Positions 54,993 through 63,687 of a stretch of 64,000 nucleotides of DNA are shown here, piece by piece. A program made the translations under genes and the position numbers. Every line of letters begins with the position of its first letter. Position 1 is the first letter of the stretch. Source of the stretch: Planctomycetota bacterium (lineage in GTDB: Bacteria; Planctomycetota; Phycisphaerae; UBA1845); the NCBI GenBank assembly GCA_043803085.1, contig JAZDKM010000288.1:3063-67062 (forward strand). The letters run 5' to 3'. The notes beneath the pieces are model-generated. The model had not been told where the DNA came from and made no database searches. It worked only from the letters and a program-made list of their open reading frames with translations.

Positions 54993-57470
54993 ATGTCCGC
55001 TTGTCCGAGCCAGGTCGACTTGCAGCGCTACGTCGAAGGTCGGATGCTCTCTGACCAGGGTCGTGAACTCGAGCAGCATCTAGTCGCATGCGACCACTGT
55101 CGAGCCGAGCGGGACCACTTTCGGGCCGACGAGGAAGTGGCCGCCCGGCTTCGCACGGCCTTCCGCAGTCGCACCCTCCGTGCTCCGGTCGATACGCCCC
55201 TCGAACCCGAGCCCTCGCTTCCGCCGACTCACGCCATCCCAGGGTACACTATTCAACAGGAGATCGCCCGGGGCGGCATGGGCGTGGTCTACAAGGCCGT
55301 CCAGGAAAGCACCCACCGCACGGTGGCCCTCAAAGTCATGTTGGAAGGGCCGTTTGCGTCGCCGTCGGCCCGCCAGCGGTTCCAGCGTGAGGTGGAACTC
55401 GCTGCCGCGCTCGAACACCCCAACATCGTGCCCATCTTCGATTCCGGCCGGCACGGCGACCACCACTACTTCGCCATGCAGTATGTGGACGGTGTGCCGC
55501 TGAACCGCCATCTGGAAACCAACGCGCTTCCCATCAGCGAGCGTCTGAAGCTGTTTCTGCAAATCTGCGCCGCGGTCAACTACGCCCACCAGCGCGGCGT
55601 CATTCACCGTGATCTCAAACCCTCGAACGTCATGGTCGCGGGGCAAGGGCACGTCCACGTGCTCGACTTCGGCTTGGCCAAGATCATCGCCAGCGTACGG
55701 CCGGAGGCCGCCAACGGTGCCCCCGTCAAGTCTTCCGCCGAGGCCCGGCATGCCCTGGTGTCCATCACGGGGCAGATCCTCGGCACCCTCCCTTACATGT
55801 CTCCCGAACAGGTCTCCGGGGTGCCGCTCGATATCGACGTGCGGGCGGACGTTTACGCGCTGGGAGTGATCCTTTTTGAAATGCTGACCGGCGATTTCCC
55901 CTACGACGTCGGCGAATCCCTTTCGCAGACCCTGCGGAACATCACCGACGCCCCGCCGCGTTCTCCGACCGCCCTGACCAAAAACCGCCCCGCTGACCAG
56001 CGCATCGACCGCGAACTGGAAGCCATCGTGCTCAAAACGCTGTCCAAGTCCAAGGAACACCGCTATCAGAGCGTGGGCGAACTGGCCGCCGACCTCGAAC
56101 GCTACCTCAAGGGCGAGGCGGTCGAAGCCAGACGCAATAGCCGGTTGTACATCCTGCGCAAAACGCTCTCGCGGCACCGGCCCTACGTGGCAGCGGTCGT
56201 CCTGGTGTTCGTAGCGGCATGTACGGCCGCGCTGGTCAGCTTCCGCATGTATGTTCAGATGGTTGAATTGAACCGCTCCCACGCCCGCGCCGCCGGTCTG
56301 GAGGCCGAGTTGGCCCTGAGCCAGGGTCTGCACCGCGAGGCCCTGGAGAAGGCCGAACAGGCCCTCCAGCTCGATCCCCACCTCAGTGAAGCCCAACTCT
56401 TGCGGGCTAACACCCTGCTGCTGATGGACCGCAGGGATGAGGCCAAGGCTTATCTCGAACACCTTCTAGAAGTCGACCCGCAATCGTGGGCCGCCCACTA
56501 CGCCTTAGCGGAAGTGGACGCCGCCGACCCCGAGAAGGCGCGCTTCCATCAGCAGCGCGTGCTGGCCCTGCGTCCCAATACCGCCGAAGCCTACTACGCC
56601 AGTTCGATCGCCACTCCGGACGATGAGGCACTCGAATGGCTGAGCAAGGCGTTGGCTTGCAACCCCATGCACTATGAGTCACGGGTGCGCCGGGCGCGAC
56701 TCTACATGCGCAGTCACCGATGGGATGCGGCTCTGGCCGACGCGGAGGTGGCCATGCGCGTCCGCCCGGGCGATTTTCAGGGGTGGTGGTGGAGGGGCGA
56801 AGTCTTGTTGCGTTACCGAGAGTATGCCGCCGCCATTCAACTCTTCAATGAAGCGATCAAGCTCAAGCCCACCAATGCCGGCCTTTACTATCCGCGGGCC
56901 ACGGCCTACCGCAGGCTCCGCGAGTATCACAAAGCGATAGAAGACTACAGCGTGGCTCTGAAGCTTGGGCCGGCCAATACCGGAGGCCCGTGGCTCCCCT
57001 ATCATCGCGCGACCCTGTACTGGATCGTAGGCGACTACGAGGCCGCCCTGTCCGACTATGATCGGTTCGGCGAGCTGCACCCGGCGCCCTTCTGGTCCGA
57101 TGCACGTCGCTATCTCATCCTCCAGGCACTGAACCGCGATGAAGAGGCCCAAAGCCATCTCGAGCAGGCCTATGCCCGGACCCCGCCGACCGACTGGCTC
57201 GGATGCGTATTCGAGCTTCTGCTCGGCCGACGCTCACCCGAGGACCTGCTGGCCCTGGCCGACACCGATGAAAAGAGGTGTGAAGCGACTTACTATATTG
57301 CCGAGCGCAAGCTCCTGGAGGGTGATCGAGAGGGTGCCCGCCAGTCTTACGAAGCGTGCCTGGCCACCGGCGTGGATCGCTACATCATCCCCGGCGAAAT
57401 CACCCCCTCCAGCGAATACGAACTCTCCGAATGGCGTCGTGCCACTCTCTTCGCCGGCCCATCCCCGTAG
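54993..57470 (+). CDS. Ser/Thr protein kinase with N-terminal zf-HC2 (anti-sigma-like) motif, one TM helix and extracytoplasmic TPR domain
   Basis: 'LEQHLVACDHCRAE' (HxxxCxxC). Kinase motifs 'GGMGVVYKA', 'ALKV', 'HRDLKPSNVMV', 'DFGLAK', 'YMSPEQ'. TM helix 'YVAAVVLVFVAACTAALVSF'. The C-terminal ~400 aa are TPR repeats. Starts 16 nt after the sigma gene. Confidence 0.9.
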   Translation: MSACPSQVDLQRYVEGRMLSDQGRELEQHLVACDHCRAERDHFRADEEVAARLRTAFRSRTLRAPVDTPLEPEPSLPPTHAIPGYTIQQEIARGGMGVVYKAVQESTHRTVALKVMLEGPFASPSARQRFQREVELAAALEHPNIVPIFDSGRHGDHHYFAMQYVDGVPLNRHLETNALPISERLKLFLQICAAVNYAHQRGVIHRDLKPSNVMVAGQGHVHVLDFGLAKIIASVRPEAANGAPVKSSAEARHALVSITGQILGTLPYMSPEQVSGVPLDIDVRADVYALGVILFEMLTGDFPYDVGESLSQTLRNITDAPPRSPTALTKNRPADQRIDRELEAIVLKTLSKSKEHRYQSVGELAADLERYLKGEAVEARRNSRLYILRKTLSRHRPYVAAVVLVFVAACTAALVSFRMYVQMVELNRSHARAAGLEAELALSQGLHREALEKAEQALQLDPHLSEAQLLRANTLLLMDRRDEAKAYLEHLLEVDPQSWAAHYALAEVDAADPEKARFHQQRVLALRPNTAEAYYASSIATPDDEALEWLSKALACNPMHYESRVRRARLYMRSHRWDAALADAEVAMRVRPGDFQGWWWRGEVLLRYREYAAAIQLFNEAIKLKPTNAGLYYPRATAYRRLREYHKAIEDYSVALKLGPANTGGPWLPYHRATLYWIVGDYEAALSDYDRFGELHPAPFWSDARRYLILQALNRDEEAQSHLEQAYARTPPTDWLGCVFELLLGRRSPEDLLALADTDEKRCEATYYIAERKLLEGDREGARQSYEACLATGVDRYIIPGEITPSSEYELSEWRRATLFAGPSP

Positions 57471-57483
57471 ATAGCATGGGCTC

Positions 57484-57550
57484 GTAGGGTCCGCGCTCGC
57501 GGACCATTCTTCGCTAATCTCGATTCTCTCTGCGTTCTCCGCGATCCCTG
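57484..57550. repeat. REP-like elements: GTAGGGTCCGCGCTCGCGGACC plus CTCTGCGTTCTCCGCG unit
   Basis: The first unit is identical to 28877-28898. The second unit matches, in reverse orientation, CGCGGAGACCGCAGAG at about 1848-1864. Confidence 0.7.
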
Positions 57551-57578
57551 TGGTTCGATGAATCCCCTGGGGAAGCCA

Positions 57579-59513
57579 TTATCCCGTGAACCCCTCTTGG
57601 AACCCCGCGAAGTCCGTCAAGTCAACGTCGGAATCCACATCGAAGTCGAACACGTTCAGGCAATCCTGGGCCGTGGCCGGCGGGGCGGGCGCCGGTGTGG
57701 TTTCGGGCCCGGCCATACAGTCGGCGAACACCGCGTAATCCGCCAGGTCCACGTCCCCGTCGCCGTCGAAGTCGCCGGGCACGAAGCAGTAAAGATCGTA
57801 GACGTTGACGGCATCAACCGCCGCCTCGGTCACCGAGTTGTTGGGGTTGTCCGCCACGCTGAAGCGGACCTTAAACTGCGGAGTCAGGGCCACGTAATCG
57901 CGGAGGTGAACCGTCCGCTCCACCCAACCCTCGGTGTCGGGGACGCTTTCGAGCAGGGTCCACGAGGCACCGTCGTCCGCGGAGACTTCAACCACCAGGC
58001 GGTCCTGGTCGAGATCATCATTGCTGAACCAGCGGGCATAGCGCAGCACCGGATCGGCCACCCCGCTCACGTCAAGTGTCGGCGAGATCAAACGCGTGGG
58101 GCCGCCGTCGACATCCGAGTTCCCCGGCCGGTTGTCGGTCAGGTAGCACCCTCCCGAGCCGTCGAAGTCGTTCACCGGATCCCCGCGGGTACCGCCGCCC
58201 GCGGGGATGCCCCGCTGCCAGGTGCCGGTGCTGAGGTCGATATTCTCCACGGCCCAACCCTGATCGGTCTCAAAGTCGTCGTCCAGGACCGTCGTCAGCG
58301 TCGCTACCAGAGCGCTGTATACGCCGGCCGGGGCGTCCTTGGGATTGGTCACCGTGGTCCCGCCGTCGCCAAGGGCGCTGAAATAAAACTCCGGCGTATC
58401 GCCGCAGGCGGCCGCCGGCAACAAAGCCTCATACAGGTTCGCACCCAACGGAGTCAGCGGGCCGGTCAGGTAGGCCCCTCCATCGAAGCGATAGTGGATC
58501 AGGCCCGATCCCGGCACGTAGGATTCGCTGGCATTGTTGATTTGAACGGTGATCGGCGTCGGCACCTCCGGATCCACGCGCGTCGGCGTACCCTCGGGCA
58601 GGGTGATGGTTAAGGCGGCCACCTGCACTCCGGCGTGGTCCACCAGGAAGCCGACCACGGAGCGGACCATCTTGACCGCATAGGGGAAGTTCAGGTTGCC
58701 GGGCTGCTCGAAGCTGTCCTGCTGCGTGTGGTAGTAGGGGTTGCTCCACATCTCGCCTTCGATCAGCAGGCAGGCCTGAAACCCCGCGGACTCGAACGGG
58801 GCATGGTTGCTGTACGGCGTGTCGCCGCCGATGGTATAGGTCAACCCGTCGCCGTACTCCGTGATCGCCTGGCCCAGGGCGGTCTTGATCGGATTCGACG
58901 CGGTGCGACCATAGACGTTCGCGTGATTGGTCGCCGGGTCGTACGCCACCATGTCGGCCGAGATCATGCCTCGGATGTCGTCCCCGCCGTGCGCAGCGAC
59001 GTAGGCCTCACTCCCGTACAGTCCTTGCTCCTCGCGGTCGAAGGCGATGAAGCGGATGGTGTAGTCCGAGGGATATTGGCTGAGGATGCGGGCGGCCTCG
59101 AGCACCAGGGCCACTCCGCTGGCGTTGTCATCCGCGCCGGGGTTGTCCACCGAATCGAAGTGGGCCCCGACGATATAGAACTGATCGGGGTAGGTGGTGC
59201 CGAGCTGTTCGCCGACCACGTTGTAGTAGGTGATGCTGGAATAGAGGAAGGGCTCGAGCGTGACGGTCAACCCGTAGCTCTCCATCAGATCCACGATGTT
59301 GGCCCGGGCCAGGTTGTGCTCGGGCCCGAAGCCACGGTCGTCGCCGACGTGCGTGTACAGGTACAGGTCCAGGAAATCGCGGTAACCGGCCGGACTGACC
59401 TGATCCGCGGCGGCAAGGCCCGCTTCCGAGGCCGGTGCCTGGCGCACCGTAACGAGGATCATCCCCAGAACCGCCGCTAACACCCCATTCCGCAGTGTCC
59501 GCACGACGTTCAT
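57579..59513 (-). CDS. M28 family metallo-aminopeptidase with beta-sandwich domains and C-terminal dockerin-like EF-hand pair
   Basis: 'IVGAHFDSVDNPGADDNASGVA', 'FIAFDREEQGLYGSEAY', and a signal peptide. The C-terminus is 'GDFDGDGDVDLADYAVFADCMAGP...DCLNVFDFDVDSDVDLTDFAGFQEGFTG'. Confidence 0.9.
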   Translation of the reverse strand: MNVVRTLRNGVLAAVLGMILVTVRQAPASEAGLAAADQVSPAGYRDFLDLYLYTHVGDDRGFGPEHNLARANIVDLMESYGLTVTLEPFLYSSITYYNVVGEQLGTTYPDQFYIVGAHFDSVDNPGADDNASGVALVLEAARILSQYPSDYTIRFIAFDREEQGLYGSEAYVAAHGGDDIRGMISADMVAYDPATNHANVYGRTASNPIKTALGQAITEYGDGLTYTIGGDTPYSNHAPFESAGFQACLLIEGEMWSNPYYHTQQDSFEQPGNLNFPYAVKMVRSVVGFLVDHAGVQVAALTITLPEGTPTRVDPEVPTPITVQINNASESYVPGSGLIHYRFDGGAYLTGPLTPLGANLYEALLPAAACGDTPEFYFSALGDGGTTVTNPKDAPAGVYSALVATLTTVLDDDFETDQGWAVENIDLSTGTWQRGIPAGGGTRGDPVNDFDGSGGCYLTDNRPGNSDVDGGPTRLISPTLDVSGVADPVLRYARWFSNDDLDQDRLVVEVSADDGASWTLLESVPDTEGWVERTVHLRDYVALTPQFKVRFSVADNPNNSVTEAAVDAVNVYDLYCFVPGDFDGDGDVDLADYAVFADCMAGPETTPAPAPPATAQDCLNVFDFDVDSDVDLTDFAGFQEGFTG

Positions 59514-59728
59514 GTTTTGCCCCTCCTGTGCACGTGTTCACGATCCTGTCCGAAAGCTACGCATCAATCACCAGTGTACTTGCACGGGGTGGTGCAATTC
59601 AAGGAACAAACCGACCATCCATCGCAGCCTGCACCAACATCGTCCGCCGGAAGGCCCGGCACGACGCGGGGGGTGGGATGTCTGAGCATAGCGCAGCGCG
59701 GCAGGTATCTGCCCGTTGGTGGCTGGGT

Positions 59729-59796
59729 GGCATGCCCAAGCGGCTGGGCGGCATGCCCGAGCGAAGCGAAACGTAGTGGAGTGCAGCGCGGGCATG
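59729..59796. repeat. REP-like element, reverse-oriented copy of the 33007-33053 family with an internal GGCATGCCCRAGCG duplication
   Basis: The reverse complement reads CATGCCCGCGCTGCACTCCACTACGTTTCGCTTCGCTCGGGCATGCC..., close to the 33007 copy. Confidence 0.7.
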
Positions 59797-60031
59797 TAGA
59801 AACGCTCGCACGCAAGATCGTTCGCTCTCCCTGAGCCTCAACGCGCCCGCGCCAGTCTTCGGCTGGCTGAGTGCCTGGCATCCTATGATGCGGCGGAGTC
59901 GGTTTCCGCGTTTCAGCGATGCTCCCGTTTTCGTGTGTTTCGCCCGTCGTTTCGAGCGGATGTCGTCCCGCGGTCGTCAGCGAGCTTAAGGTCCGCTCTG
60001 TTCCACAAGCGAGGCGGCTGCACAAGGGCAC

Positions 60032-60340
60032 TCATCTCTCGCTTGAACCCGCGGCCGCGGCCTTGGCGAAATCCCCGGCGCGGACGACGGTCATCTCCGA
60101 ATCGAGGTCTTTCTGGGCAAGAAAGCTGTTGACCATGCGATCGGCTTCGAGCTTCAGCGCGAATTCGAGGTTCCCGTCGGTGGCCGGCAGGGTCCCGAAG
60201 CAATTCGTGCGGAACGATTCGGCTATCACGGTCAGCGGTCCCATGGTCGTACACGGGACCATATCGCTCCCGCCCTTCACCGTCAAAAACCGCGTGGCCC
60301 ACCCTGTTGACAGCACGCCGCGGGCGGATATGCTTCTCAA
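60032..60340 (-). pseudogene. remnant of an M16 peptidase gene
   Basis: 'FRTNCFGTLPATDGNLEFALKLEADRMVNSFLAQKDLDSEMTVVR' matches the conserved M16 block (D.T.Y...lP...le.al.lEadRm.n...f..E..VV). The flanking parts of the ~420-aa fold are absent. It abuts the tRNA at 60356. Confidence 0.5.
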
Positions 60341-60355
60341 CGAAAATGTTTATCT

Positions 60356-60429
60356 GTCCCCATGGCACAATTGGATAGCGCGTTGGCCTCCGGAGCCAAA
60401 GGTTCCAGGTTCGAATCCTGGTGGGGACG
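60356..60429 (+). tRNA. tRNA-Arg (anticodon CCG)
   Basis: Hand-folded cloverleaf. Perfect 7-bp acceptor stem GTCCCCA/TGGGGAC. Anticodon arm TTGGC-CTCCGGA-GCCAA. T arm CCAGG-TTCGAAT-CCTGG. The D stem has one A-C mismatch. CCA is not encoded. Confidence 0.85.
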
Positions 60430-60457
60430 TTTTCGGTAGCGTCGTCGGGCAGCGCAC

Positions 60458-62062
60458 ATGGATCGGATTATGTTCTCGCACGACGGCAATTCGACTGCAT
60501 CGCTCCGCAGCTACAAAGGCGTGTGGCGTTTGGCGGTGATCGTCGCCCTGTTGCAGGCCTGCTATGCAGCGGGCTTCATCGCCAGAACCAGCTTCACCGT
60601 GGAAGGCCGTCGGTACTTCTGCCTGTTCGACGACGCGATGATTTCCATGCGCCACGCCGCCAACTGGGCCAATGGAGAGGGCTGGGTGTGGAATCCCGGA
60701 GAACGGGTCGAAGGGTACACCAACTTCGGCTGGACCGCGATCATGGGTTCGTGCCATCTCCTGCGTTTGTCCCCCAGCCACACCTGCCTTTTGGTCCAAC
60801 TGCTGGGCATACCCATTCTGTGGTCCTGCTTGCTGGCCACGGTTTTGCTGGCGCGTTCATGCCGACTGCTGCCGGTCTCGGCCGCCTGTGCCCTGGTGTT
60901 GGCCGCCACGTGTTTCAACCTGAACTTCTTCACGCTCTTCGGCATGGAAACGGGGTTGGTGACCTGCCTGGTGACCTTCGCTCTGGCGGAAAGTGTCAAG
61001 GCGGTCCGGCGAAAACAAGGCCGGATGGCTTGCATGCTCTGGTTTGCGCCCGCACTGCTGGTGCGGCCCGATGTCCTACCCGTGATGATCTTCGTGCTCG
61101 CCTTTCTCGGGGTCACCGTGCGGAAGGGACGCCTGCGTCTGGCGTCGGGCGTGGTGGCGGTGGCGGCCGTGGTATGCACGCACATGCTGTGGCGGCACCA
61201 CTATTACGGGCAGTGGCTACCGAATACGTACTATCTGAAAGCCACGGGTTGGCCGTTGGCCGACCGCATCCGTGCGGGCATCACCCATACGGAGTGGACC
61301 ATCGTCCAGTTCGGCTTGCCTTTCATGTTGGCGATGTTCGCCCTGGTCTGTGCGAAACGCTGGCACTTCCTGCTGCTCGGCAGCTTCGCGACGACGGTGG
61401 CTTACCAACTGTACATCGGTGGGGATGCGTGGCCTTTGAACCGGTTCGTGCTCCCCTCGAGCCTCGGGCTGTTCGTCTTGGCCGGGGAGGGCGTACACCG
61501 CACGACGGCTTGGCTGGTGCGACAAAAGACGCACTTGCGTGGGACGCTGGTCCGCGCCGGGCTCACCCTAGTGAGTATCGTGCTCATCAATGCCGTTCAC
61601 TGGGACCACTGGCTATTGATCGCGCGACCGCAAACCGCGGCCCTCAACCTCGCGAACATCAGGTGCGTGCTGGCCACTGAGCGAATCGCGGACCCCGGCG
61701 CTACTGCGGCCGTCATTTGCGCCGGTGCCTTTCCATACTTCTCCCACCGAAAGTGCTTTGACTTATTGGGCAAGTGCGATCCTTATATCGCGCGCTTGCC
61801 CGCCAACCCTGCGGTCCCTTCGGCGGGGCACAACAAATTCGATCTGCCCTACACCTTCTCCACCTACAAGCCGGACATTGTTCTGCAGATCCTCGATGCG
61901 ATCCATCCGGAATTCATGGGCTGTTATCGGCCGATTGCCGTGGAAGTGGACGGCACCCCAGTGATGTTCTGCGTCCGCAAGGACAGCCGAAGAATCCATG
62001 GGGGGCGGCTGGTCAGTTGGCAGACGCTCAGCGAGTGGATCGCGAAAGAACAGGGTCGGTAG
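60458..62062 (+). CDS. polytopic membrane protein, possibly a GT-C-fold glycosyltransferase
   Basis: 534 aa with about 10 TM helices. The early loop 'FDDAMISMRHAANWANGEGWVWNPGERVEGYTNFGW' resembles the acidic first-loop motif of GT-C-like enzymes. The family assignment is from memory only. Confidence 0.5.
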   Translation: MDRIMFSHDGNSTASLRSYKGVWRLAVIVALLQACYAAGFIARTSFTVEGRRYFCLFDDAMISMRHAANWANGEGWVWNPGERVEGYTNFGWTAIMGSCHLLRLSPSHTCLLVQLLGIPILWSCLLATVLLARSCRLLPVSAACALVLAATCFNLNFFTLFGMETGLVTCLVTFALAESVKAVRRKQGRMACMLWFAPALLVRPDVLPVMIFVLAFLGVTVRKGRLRLASGVVAVAAVVCTHMLWRHHYYGQWLPNTYYLKATGWPLADRIRAGITHTEWTIVQFGLPFMLAMFALVCAKRWHFLLLGSFATTVAYQLYIGGDAWPLNRFVLPSSLGLFVLAGEGVHRTTAWLVRQKTHLRGTLVRAGLTLVSIVLINAVHWDHWLLIARPQTAALNLANIRCVLATERIADPGATAAVICAGAFPYFSHRKCFDLLGKCDPYIARLPANPAVPSAGHNKFDLPYTFSTYKPDIVLQILDAIHPEFMGCYRPIAVEVDGTPVMFCVRKDSRRIHGGRLVSWQTLSEWIAKEQGR

Positions 62063-62194
62063 CCGGTGGATTGTCGGAAAAACCGGCCAGGAGGTAGGCG
62101 CTGGGGCCTGAATCTGGCACCCTGGGATTCACCGGCTGGCCCAGGTTGACACCGCCCGGTCCGAGGCTAGATTCGCAGAGGCCGAATCTGGACG

Positions 62195-62268
62195 GTCCCT
62201 GTGGGGCAATGGGATAGCGCGTTGGCCTCCGGAGCCAAAGGTTCCAGGTTCGAATCCTGGTGGGGATG
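62195..62268 (+). tRNA. second, diverged tRNA-Arg (CCG) copy
   Basis: Identical to the first copy from the D loop to the 3' acceptor (54 nt). The 5' acceptor and D arm differ, giving three G-U pairs in the acceptor stem and a G-G mismatch in the D stem. Functionality is uncertain. Confidence 0.6.
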
Positions 62269-62312
62269 GTCTATCGTCCGCGATGGGCCCAGAAGCGTAT
62301 TGGAGATGGTTC

Positions 62313-63659
62313 ATGAGCGCCGGCATGGGTAGGCCGCGGTTCGGGCTGGGCTCGAGACTGGCGCTCGTACTTGCCGGCCTCGCGGCGATCGAGCTGCTGA
62401 ACACCGCGCGCCTGTGGGCCCGCCCCGTGGCCAACCGGGTATTCCCCTTTGGCTATGTGAGCCAGGGTATTTGGTCTGCGGGCGCCCTGTTCAGGCCGCT
62501 GGACTCAACCAGCACAGACCTGGCGCCGGTGCTGGAGGCAGCGCGCCGGGCGTTCGAGGGCACCGGCCAGCTCTATGCAGATTTCACCGTTTATGGAGCA
62601 ACCTTCAACTACCCGCCTACAGCGGCCATCGAGCTGCTACCGCTCGGCTGGATGACAGCCGCTGGAAACTCGGCCGCCGCGATGAAGCTGATGGATGGGC
62701 TTGGGCGGGGGGCGGTCCTGGCGACCACGGTGATCGCCTTGACGTTCTGCCGAGGCCTGCCTGCGAGCCGCAGACAGTGGATGGTGCTCGTGCTGGTGCT
62801 CCTGGCCTTCTACCCCCTCCGGTGGACGCTGGTCTGTATTCAGGCGCAATCGCTGATCACGCTGTATCTGGCCGTGGCGATCCTGGCTTACGCCCGATCG
62901 CAAGGTTTTCTGGCCGGCGTGCTGGTGGGATTGGCGGGGTGTTTGAAACCTTATTTGGCGATACTGGTGCTTTACGCCGCGGTTCGCAGGGAATGGCGTG
63001 TCGCGACAGGGGCGGTAGTTAGTGCCGCCCTTCTGATCGCCGCCAGCGTCGAGGTTATGGGGATGGATCCGTGGTGGACCTATTTTGGGGAAATCTTGCC
63101 TCGTGTCGCGGGGGGCTATGGCTTCTGGCCCAATCAGACCATCACCGGGATGGCGCACCGCTGGGCCGGCCAATCAACATTCGTGCTCGGGCCAGTGTCT
63201 CGTGGGATAGCCATCGCCTCGAAGATCTCGCTGGTGGTTTTCGCCCTCCTGGCGGTGTGGCCGCGGACCCTCGGTCGCCGTTCGCGCCCCGACGACGGCT
63301 CCCTACGGGAAGCCGAGGCGGTTCCGCAGCAAACACAGCGTTTGATTCGTGCGGCGGACCTTGGTATCGCTATCCTGGCGATCACCTTGGCGAGCCCTAT
63401 TGCCTGGGAGCACTACTTCGCCTGGACGGTGGTGTTGTTTGCGGTGTGTATGGCCGTGGGCCGGATCGCACCGCTGCCGCGAGGCTGGTTCGCGGCCTTG
63501 GGTTGCGGCTACGTCTTCTTGGGGACCTACTGGTTACCTGTGGGGGCGGCCTCATCTGGGCCGCTGTCCTTGATTAACGCGACCGGCTTTGTCGGAGCGG
63601 TCCTGTTGCTCGGGGCCGCGTGGTACGCACACCGACGGCTTCAACGGTGGTGGGGGTGA
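62313..63659 (+). CDS. GT87/DUF2029-family membrane glycosyltransferase-like protein
   Basis: 'LYADFTVYGATFNYPPTAAIELLPLGW' resembles the GT87 (PimE-like) N-terminal motif. There are at least 9 TM helices. The start is ambiguous (62283, 62313 or 62325). Confidence 0.6.
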   Translation: MSAGMGRPRFGLGSRLALVLAGLAAIELLNTARLWARPVANRVFPFGYVSQGIWSAGALFRPLDSTSTDLAPVLEAARRAFEGTGQLYADFTVYGATFNYPPTAAIELLPLGWMTAAGNSAAAMKLMDGLGRGAVLATTVIALTFCRGLPASRRQWMVLVLVLLAFYPLRWTLVCIQAQSLITLYLAVAILAYARSQGFLAGVLVGLAGCLKPYLAILVLYAAVRREWRVATGAVVSAALLIAASVEVMGMDPWWTYFGEILPRVAGGYGFWPNQTITGMAHRWAGQSTFVLGPVSRGIAIASKISLVVFALLAVWPRTLGRRSRPDDGSLREAEAVPQQTQRLIRAADLGIAILAITLASPIAWEHYFAWTVVLFAVCMAVGRIAPLPRGWFAALGCGYVFLGTYWLPVGAASSGPLSLINATGFVGAVLLLGAAWYAHRRLQRWWG

Positions 63660-63687
63660 GGCTAGTTCGATAAGGAGAACCAACCGC

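Noticed and set aside
60356-62268. Classical integrative genomic island bounded by tRNA-derived att sites.
   Set aside because: There is no integrase, excisionase or other mobility gene between or next to the repeats. The enclosed segment is a single gene, and the second repeat is a full-length diverged tRNA rather than a 3' fragment. It is kept only as a 'rearrangement scar' finding.
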